64,000 bases of DNA, from positions 168,184 through 232,183 of the forward strand of contig CAVXDA010000015.1 of the NCBI GenBank assembly GCA_963760415.1, written 5' to 3'. Shown here one piece after another: positions 56,445 to 64,000 of this stretch. Position numbers and translations under genes: made by a program. Numbering within the stretch: the stretch's first letter is position 1; every line of letters starts with the position of its first letter. The notes below the pieces were generated by a model. It ran no database searches and was not told where the DNA came from. It saw nothing but the letters and a program-made list of their open reading frames with translations. Source of the stretch: an uncultured Acidobacteriaceae bacterium. Its GTDB lineage: Bacteria > Acidobacteriota > Terriglobia > Terriglobales > Acidobacteriaceae.

Positions 56445-57878
56445 TGTAGGCGCCGAAAGGCCGGCATTACAGCGGGAGAATCGAACCTGTCCCCTAGCGC
56501 TCCAACCGCCTTCGTCAGTTACAGCCGGGAGGACTCCGGCTTTGTCCTTCGCCTGGTCCGGGATTTGAAGTCTGCTGGAGCAAAGGTGTGGCTGGACCAA
56601 CTGGACATCCAGGCCGGGAGGAACTGGGACACCTCCGTCCATGCCGCACTCGCCCGCTGTTCCTGGGTGCTGGCGGTCCTTTCTCCGGCTTTCGTCCGCT
56701 CCAAGAGTGCCCAGGACGAAGTCGGGCTGGCGCTGGATGAGAACAAGACGTTCATCCCCATCTATTACCAAAACTGCATTGTGCCGTGGCGATTGCGCCG
56801 GGTGCAGCACGTCGATTTCAGAAGCGACTATGAGCCCGCGCTGGAAAAACTTCTCACAGCTCTGCGGGCAAAGCAGAAACCGGCCAAGCCTGGGGCCACA
56901 AAGCAGCCTCGGCGTTCCGCACCGGGTCGGGGCCAATCGCCGGTCGAACGAAAGCGGCTGGAACAGCTGAAAGAAGTCGTATCGCAGCAGGATCGCGCCG
57001 CCGATGCAGAAGCTTCCCCGGAACCCGCAGACGAATTCTCTCGCGCTGAGCGGGCGGGGCAACTCATTCTGACTCGGACCCAACTGCGGCCGCGCGTGGG
57101 GTTGGTGCTGGGCTCGGGCCTGGGCGATTTCGCCAGCGAATTGCAGGACGCAGTCCGCATCCCATTTGCCGAGATCCCGTTTTTCCCCACGAGCACGGCG
57201 ATCGGTCACGCCGGGGCGCTGGTTATCGGCACCTTTGATGGCATGCCGATCGCGGTCATGCAGGGGCGGGTCCACTTGTACGAGGGTTACAGCTTTCAGC
57301 AGGTTGCATTTCCGATGCGAGTGCTGGCGTGGATGGGCGTGAATGCTCTCGTTCTTACCAACGCCGCGGGCGGCATTAACGCGGAGTACGAGTGTGGCGC
57401 GCTGGTTGTGCTGCGCGATCACATCAACCTGCAAGGCGGCAGCCCGTTGACCGGTCCGAACGACGACCGGTTCGGACCCCGCTTTCCGGACATGACCGAC
57501 GCCTATAACGCGACGTTCCGGCGTTTCGTGCTGGACGAAGCGGAGCGCTTGGGCGGCGGGATCCACGAAGGGGTTTACGCCGCGCTACATGGCCCCAGCT
57601 ACGAGACGCCGGCGGAGATCCGTGCGCTGCGCACGATTGGCGCCGATCTGGTCGGTATGTCAACCGTGCCCGAGGTGATTGTCGCCCGACACATGGGACT
57701 GGAGGTGCTCGCTATTTCGTGCGTGACGAACATGGCCGCCGGCATGACCGGCGAGAAGCTCACGCACACCGAAGTGATGGAGACCGGGCAGCGCATCCGT
57801 GGGACGTTTCTCGCGCTGCTGCGAGCGGTAGTGCCGAAGATCGCGCGCTATCTGGAGGAGCGCGGAGCCGCGGATTAA
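56445..57878 (+). CDS. TIR domain fused to purine nucleoside phosphorylase (PunA-type); the start is uncertain
   Basis: This frame is open from 56445 and carries the TIR segment (AFVSYSREDSGFVLRLVRDLKSAGAKVWLDQLDIQAGRNW...VLSPAFVRSKSAQDEVGLAL), a K/P/R/E-rich linker, and the PNP segment (VGLVLGSGLG, GHAGALVIG, MQGRVHLYEGY, LTNAAGGIN, GPSYETPAE, VGMSTVPEV, VTNMAAG). There is no ATG, GTG or TTG before 56565. The likely true start is the ATG at 56422 (TGATG overlap with the trxB stop) in the +1 frame, which would require an indel near 56500. Confidence 0.8.
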   Translation, partial: CRRRKAGITAGESNLSPSAPTAFVSYSREDSGFVLRLVRDLKSAGAKVWLDQLDIQAGRNWDTSVHAALARCSWVLAVLSPAFVRSKSAQDEVGLALDENKTFIPIYYQNCIVPWRLRRVQHVDFRSDYEPALEKLLTALRAKQKPAKPGATKQPRRSAPGRGQSPVERKRLEQLKEVVSQQDRAADAEASPEPADEFSRAERAGQLILTRTQLRPRVGLVLGSGLGDFASELQDAVRIPFAEIPFFPTSTAIGHAGALVIGTFDGMPIAVMQGRVHLYEGYSFQQVAFPMRVLAWMGVNALVLTNAAGGINAEYECGALVVLRDHINLQGGSPLTGPNDDRFGPRFPDMTDAYNATFRRFVLDEAERLGGGIHEGVYAALHGPSYETPAEIRALRTIGADLVGMSTVPEVIVARHMGLEVLAISCVTNMAAGMTGEKLTHTEVMETGQRIRGTFLALLRAVVPKIARYLEERGAAD

Positions 57879-57926
57879 CCATGCCGTCATGTGCTCGCGC
57901 GGAGCGTGAGCTAAACTGGTGGGTTC

Positions 57927-58542
57927 ATGCCCACCGGGATCTACCTCATTGGCATTGCCGGACCTTCCGGGTCAGGAAAGAGCTTTCTGGCGCAGCACCT
58001 GAAGGCGGCTCTGGAAGCCGAGGTCCTGGAGGTTGATCGCTACTACCGGGACCTCTCGCACCTTCCCTTGGAGCAACGCGCGCGTATGAACTTTCGATGC
58101 GCCTGACGCCCTGGAGCATGAGCTTCTCATCGAGCAAGTTGCACGATTGCGAAATCGCGAGGCGGTGCAGCTACCGGTGTATGACTTCACCATCCACACG
58201 CGAACCGCCAAGACGGAAATGCTTCAGCCAACGAAGGTCATCATTGTAGAGGGGCTGTTTACGTTGCACTGGCCCGGCCTGCGTGAGCTGCTGGATACTA
58301 AAGTTTACGTGGACCTGAAAGACGAGGTCTGTCTCATGCGCCGCAAACAGCGCGACGTGCGGGAGCGTGGTCGCACGGAGCAGTCGGTGGTCGAGCAATT
58401 CGAGGCGACGGTGGCTCCCATGGCGCGGCGTTACGTGCATCCCACAATCGTCCACGCCGATGTGGTGGTGTCGGGTACTGAGCGCATTGAAGACGGAGTG
58501 GCGCGGGTGGTTAAGCACTATAAGGGGCGTACACGGGAATGA
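57927..58542 (+). pseudogene. udk: Uridine kinase, with one frameshift
   Basis: MPTGIYLIGIAGPSGSGKSFLAQHL...DRYYRDLSHLPLEQRARMNF, then a 1-bp insertion near 58094, then DAPDALEHELLIEQV...VQLPVYDFTIHTR...VIIVEGLFTLHW...LDTKVYVDL..EVCLMRRKQRDVRERGRT. Confidence 0.82.
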
Positions 58543-61338
58543 TCCATCGCATTCTTTGCGCAGCGCTCGTCGCACTTGCCGCCCTCATGGCTGCTGCGCA
58601 ATCGCCGGCGCAGGAGAAAGGAATTGCCCTCTCCCTCCAGCAAGACGCTGCACCTTCCGGTTCCGGGCGGATCGCAGCGCACCAACAGTTTTCCCACCGC
58701 AATAGCGTTGAGTCCCGATGGAAAGTTTCTGGCCATTCTGAACAATGGCCGGGGAACCGCGGAGTCAAAGTTTCAGCAGTCGATCGCTCTGCTCGATCTG
58801 ACGAGCAACCAGGTCCGCGACTTTCCGGACTCGCGTCTTGGCCTCAATGCCCGGCAGACATATTTCCTCGGCTTGGCGTGGAGCAGTGACGGCACTCGCT
58901 TGTATGCGTCAATGTCATCGTTAACCGATCCCGAGGGCAAGAAAGCGGGGGATACCGGCAACGGAATCGCCGTGTATCGGATGCAGAATAGCGGGTTGAC
59001 TCCCGAACGTTTTCTCAAGCTGCCGCTGGTCGAGCTGCCGAAGGACAAGCGATTTACCTACCAGGCCAAGCACGTCGCACGGGGACAAGCGATCCCCTAT
59101 CCGGCGGGTCTGGCAGTTGTAAAGGGCGAGGGTGGCGATGCGCTGCTGATCGCGGAAAATCTGGCGGATGACGTTGTTCTCCTAAGCCTGCAAACGGGGA
59201 AGGTGCTGCAGCGCTTCGACCTGAGCGCTGGTAAGTACATTCCAACAGGGTTTCCATACGGAGTCGTGGTAAACCGCGACGGCACGCGCGCGTGGTGCTC
59301 ATTGTGGAACGGGTCGCAAGTGGCGGAGCTGGATTTGCGATCCGGAAAGGTGGTGCGGCAGATCGCGCTGATGCCGCCGAAAGCCGCGACCGACGCCTCG
59401 TCCCATCCTACCGCGCTGCTGCTGAGTCCGGACGAGCGGTTCCTTTACGTGACGCTCTCGAACCGCGATGCCGTGGCCGTGATCTCCGCCGCCGACGGGC
59501 AGGTTGAGCGCTATCTGGACACGCGGTTGCCGGGTCAGACCTACGGCGGCAGCTATCCCAATGCGCTGGCGCAGTCGCCGGATGGGAGCAAGCTGTATGT
59601 TGCGAACGCGTCGTCGGATGCAGTGGCGGTGTTCGATACGACAAAGTCAGACGAGCGCGCCGCATATTTCATTCCTACAGAGTGGTACCCAACGGCGCTT
59701 GCCGTGCATGAGGACGAGCTCTTGATCGCGACCGGCAAGGGTGAAGGCACTGGTCCAAATGCAAGCTGGGAAGACAATCCAGAGCGTCCTGGTAAGCGAC
59801 AACATCCATATATCCCCTCGTTGATTCGCGGTTCGGTTGCGCGCGTAAACTTGCCCACCGCAGAGCGCGACCGCCAGAAGCTGACGCAAGAAGTCGTCCG
59901 CAGCAATCTGATGGAAGGTCGCACAGGCGAGATCAGCCTTCCAGCGCGGCGGTAATCCTATTCATCACGTGATCTACGTAATCAAGGAGAACCGTACTTA
60001 CGACCAGCTGTTTGGCGACATCCGCGAGGCGAATGGCGATCCTTCGCTGGTGATGTACGGCGAAGACATCACACCCAACCAGCATAAGCTGGCCCGGCAA
60101 TTTGGCATTCTCGACAACTTTTACGACAGCGGGGAGGTCTCCGGCGACGGGCACGTGTGGTCCACCTCGGCCATCACCAGCGATTACAACGAGAAGACGT
60201 GGCAGATCGTCTATCGCAGCAAGGAGCGCAGTTACGACTTCGAGGGGACGGTCGGTGACGTTGTGCCTATGAACATTGGCATCCCCGACATCGACGACCC
60301 GGCGACCGGCTATCTCTGGGGCAACCTGGCCCGCCATAACCTGACCTACCGCAATTACGGCGAGTTCGTGGAAACCTGGTGGTGCGAAGACATCAAGCAG
60401 AACAGCCCGGAGTCCAGCGGCGCTCCTAAGGAGCATCCGCCGGATTGCGCGCGCAAGGAGGTCAAGCCTGGAGAAGATCTTCCCGGAGAAGCTGGGCGGT
60501 GGCAAGAGCCCGTACAAGTTTGCGATTCCCTTGATCGCCTACGACGCGCGCCACCAAACCGGAATTGCGCGGGCACTTCGACCCCAACTACGCCGACTTC
60601 AAGGTCGAATATCCGGATCAGTTCCGCGCCGATGAGTTCTTGCGCGAGTTCGCCGGGTTTGTGCAGGCGCGCCAGAGCGGCGGCGGGCGAGCAGTTGCCG
60701 CAGTTCGTACTGCTGCGCCTGCCCAATGACCACACGGCGGGAACACGTCCCGGATCGCCAACGCCGAACGGGTCGGTCGCCGATAACGATCTCGCACTGG
60801 GTCGAGTAGTGGAAGCCGTGTCGCACAGCCCCTACTGGGACGACACCGCGATCTTCGTCCTCGAAGATGACGCGCAGGACGGCGCCGACCATGTGGATGC
60901 TCATCGCAGCATCGCGCTGGTGATCAGCAAATATTCGCCGGGTACGCCGCAGCAGCCCGCGCTCAATCACCAGTTCTACACCACGGTGAACGTGGTCCAT
61001 ACCATGGAAACGCTGCTGGGTCTTCCACCCATGAACAACAATGATGCGCTACGCCGCCGTGATGGCGCCGTTGTTCACCGGGGCGGGCGACCAGCCGTCC
61101 GTTCCAGGCCGACTACCGCAACCGCGACAATGGAATGATCTACCAGGCGAATCCCGCGAAAGCGCCGGGAGCGAAGGAGTCAGCCAAGTTGAATTTCTCC
61201 GTGGCCGACGCCGCCGATACCAACGTGTTGAATGCGATCCTGTGGCGAGCCGCTAAAGGAAATATTCCCATGCCGGCGCCGAAGCACACGGTGTTCCCGG
61301 CGGATGTGTCGCAGCGCCGCGACGCCGACGACAAGTGA
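58539..61338 (+). pseudogene. Bifunctional YncE-like beta-propeller / phosphoesterase (PLC/AcpA-type) family protein, at least 4 frameshifts
   Basis: Signal peptide MIHRILCAALVALAALMAAAQS. The propeller shows (FPTAIALSPDGKFLAILNNG, ...LAWSSDGTRLYAS, ...LLLSPDERFLYVT, ...LAQSPDGSKLYVAN). The phosphoesterase part shows (HVIYVIKENRTYDQLFGD..., NFYDSGEVSGDGHVWS, ..RLPNDHTAG.., VLEDDAQDGADHVDAHRS). The fragments are 58539-, 58576-59955, 59969-61138 and 61135-61338. Confidence 0.72.
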
Positions 61339-61587
61339 GAATCGCGTACGGCGTGTAAGTTACACAATCCATTACTCCGCAAACTCGGTTGCTCTGGCAT
61401 CGAAGGAATGCATTAGAATGACTGAGGGTCCGGGGCGCGGCTATCGTGGACGAGTCCAATTCGACCGGGTCTGGTGAGGATGGCGCACCTCTCCACGACG
61501 ACCATCCCTCTGCCAAGCCGCTTCGCCGGCAGAGCGACAGGTTGCCGGACGGCGAGTCACCCCACAGCGGACAGGCCCTCTTTCTCT

Positions 61588-64000
61588 ATGTCATCCCCGG
61601 AATTTCTGACCCAGGTCCCGCCCTCCGAGGTCCTGCGTCAAGCCATCCTGCGGCACATCCGGTACACGCTCGTGCGTCCGATGTCCGAGCTGAAGGCGGC
61701 CGACTATCTGAAGCCGGTTTCCCTCGCCATCCGGGACCGCATCGTTGACCGCATGCTGGAGACCGAGTCGCGCTATCGCCACAAGGACTCCAAGCGGCTG
61801 TATTACCTCTCGATGGAATGGCTGATGGGACGCCTGCTGGGCAACAACCTGTCCAACCTGCGCCTGGAGGAGCTCTGTCGCGAGGTGCTGGCTAGCTTTG
61901 GCGTCAGCCTGGACGATGTGATGGAAAGCGAGATCGACGCGGGTCTGGGGAATGGCGGCTTGGGACGCCTGGCCGCGTGTTTTCAGGAGTCCATGGCGAC
62001 GCTCGGAATGCCGGGCTTTGGCTATGGCATCGACTACGAATTCGGACTGTTCCGGCAGGAGATCTTCAACGGCTTCCAGCGCGAGAAGCCGGACCGTTGG
62101 AAGGCCAACGGCACTCCCTTCCAGATCGAGCATCCCGAGGAAGCTGTCAGCATTCCGCTCTATGGTCGCATGGAGACCCAGAGCGACGCGGACGGAAATT
62201 CCGTTCAGGTCTGGACCAACCCCAAGATCATTCTGGGTATGCCCACGGACATGCCGGTCGTCGGCTATCTGGGTCAGACGGTGAACTGGCTGCGTTTGTT
62301 TACGGCCCGCGCCTCGGAGGACTTCGACATCGAGATCTTCAACCGGGGCGATTACATTCGCGCAGTTGAGCAGAAGATCGCCTCGGAAAACATTACCCGC
62401 GTGCTGTATCCCTCCGACTCGGTGATGAGCGGCAAAGAACTGCGCCTGGTGCAGGAGTACTTCCTGGTGGCCTGCTCCATCGGTGACCTCATGCGCCGCT
62501 TCGTCCAGCAACACAGCAACATCGAGTTGCTGCCCTTCGAAGGTCGCCATCCAGATGAACGACACTCATCCCAGCCTGGCGGTGGCTGAGTTAATGCGCG
62601 TGCTGACGGACCAGCATGGATTGTCCTGGGAGAAGGCGTGGGAAATCACCCAGCAAACCGTGGCCTACACCAATCACACCTTGCTGCCCGAGGCGCTGGA
62701 AAAATGGTCGGTCCCGCTGATGGAGAAGGTGTTGCCCCGCCACATGCAGATCATCTACACCATCAACGAGAAGTTCCTGGGCGAGGCGCAAGAAATCTAC
62801 GGACTCGACGAGGAGAGCCGGAGCAAGGTGTCGATCATCGAAGAGGGCTACGAGAAACAAGTGCGCATGGCGAACCTGTGCATTGTCGGCAGCCACTCGG
62901 TGAACGGAGTTTCCAAGCTGCACACGGAGTTACTGAAGAGCTCCTTAGTTCCTGATTTTGCAAAGATTTGGCCGGAAAAGTTCAACAATAAGACGAATGG
63001 TGTGGCGCCCCGCCGCTGGCTCCTCCTCGCCAATCCGGGGTTGACGGAGCTGATCAGCCGCACTCTCGACGAGAACAAGTGGATCACCGACCTCAATCGG
63101 CTGCGCGACCTGGAGGCATTTCTCGAGGACCAGGACTTCCGCGAAGCGTTCAAGGAGGTCAAGCGTCAGAATAAACTCAAGTTGACGGGAGTCATTCAGG
63201 ATCTTACCGGCGTGGTGGTCGATCCGGACTCGCTGTTCGATGTCCAGATCAAGCGCATCCACGAGTACAAGCGGCAGTTGCTGAACGTGATGGACATCAT
63301 CCGTGACTATCTCGGCATCGTGGAGCGCGGCGAAATGCCGGCGGTGGCGCGCACTTATGTCTTCGCGGGCAAGGCCGCGCCGGGATACTGGGCAGCCAAG
63401 CAGATCATCAAGCTCATCCACAGCGTGGCTGAGGTGGTGAACAATGATGAGCGAGTGAAGGACCTGATCAAAGTTACGTTTCTACCCGACTACCGCGTCT
63501 CGCTGGCGCAACTCATCATGCCGGCGGCCGACTTGAGCGAGCAGATATCCATGGCAGGGATGGAAGCTTCCGGCACCGGAAACATGAAGCTGGCGATGAA
63601 CGGCGCGCTTACGATCGGCACCTACGATGGCGCCAACATTGAGATTGCGGAAGAAGTCGGGGAAGACAATATCTATATCTTCGGCCTGCGGGCGGAAGAG
63701 ATTCGCGAGATGCAGCGAAAAGGCTCCTACGATCCTCGCGATCGCTATGAGAAAGATCCAGCCGTACACGAGGTGATGGACGCCCTGGCTTCCGACCGCT
63801 TCTGTCCCAATGAGCACGGACTGTTCCGCTGGATCTTCGATGAACTGGTGCATCGTGGCGACCGCTATTACCACATCGCCGATTTTCCCGCCTATGTGGA
63901 GACGCAAGCCCTTGTGGACAGCGAATATCTGGAGAGCGATCTGTGGTGCCGCAAGGCCATCTTGAATGTTGCCCGGATTGGCAAGTTCTCCGCTGACCGG
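61588..64000 (+). pseudogene. glgP: Glycogen/maltodextrin phosphorylase, with one frameshift near 62545; the 3' end lies outside the window
   Basis: LYYLSMEWLMGRLLGNNL...DAGLGNGGLGRLAACFQESMATL.., then a shift, then VAIQMNDTHPSLAVAELMR...NHTLLPEALEKW...GVSKLH...FNNKTNGVAPRRW...KRIHEYKRQ...FAGKAAPGY...EQISMAGMEASGTGNMKLAMNGALTIGTYDGANIE (PLP Lys). The frame is still open at 64000. Confidence 0.9.

Overview
This is a chromosomal window with about 60% GC by eye. Its intergenic repeat families and gene content look like Acidobacteriota (Terriglobia); that assignment is inference, with no search run. I support about 48 protein genes, one tRNA-Arg(ACG), several repeat families and a few regulatory signals. 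I recognise no rRNA, CRISPR array, transposase or integrase.

Housekeeping content includes dnaJ, rsmE, malic enzyme, argD, trxB, udk, mtnP, folE, glgP and a kdpD/kdpE pair. There are also a Cu-type P1B ATPase, an arylsulfatase, and many DUF-type secreted or membrane proteins.

Main caveat: about 20 of the protein genes, including core genes, are interrupted by frameshifts, where recognisable protein sequence continues in another frame. I read this as assembly or consensus indel error rather than true pseudogenisation, but I label them 'pseudogene' because that is how the frames read as assembled.

Most interesting observations:
1. A single open frame fuses a TIR domain to a complete purine nucleoside phosphorylase. 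It is translationally coupled to trxB and followed by udk.
2. A TIR-TM-14xWD40 gene has near-identical 126-bp repeats whose differences fall on a few codons (an NLR-like sensor signature). It lies in an AT-richer, repeat-dense island with an orphan gene, next to the PNP-family gene mtnP.
3. A near-consensus sigma-54 promoter is followed by about 190 nt with no ORF and a strong hairpin, which makes an sRNA candidate.
4. A 109-bp hairpin-containing repeat occurs as an inverted pair bracketing 14.8 kb.
5. There are in-frame insertions in rsmE (a repeat element with 8-bp direct repeats) and in the arylsulfatase (a two-TM hairpin).
6. A three-gene heme-enzyme operon encodes a tandem-domain unknown protein, a DyP peroxidase and a Thr-His 'mini-catalase'.
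7. A BH4-type pterin cluster contains two PTPS-II-type genes, folE and an SDR.
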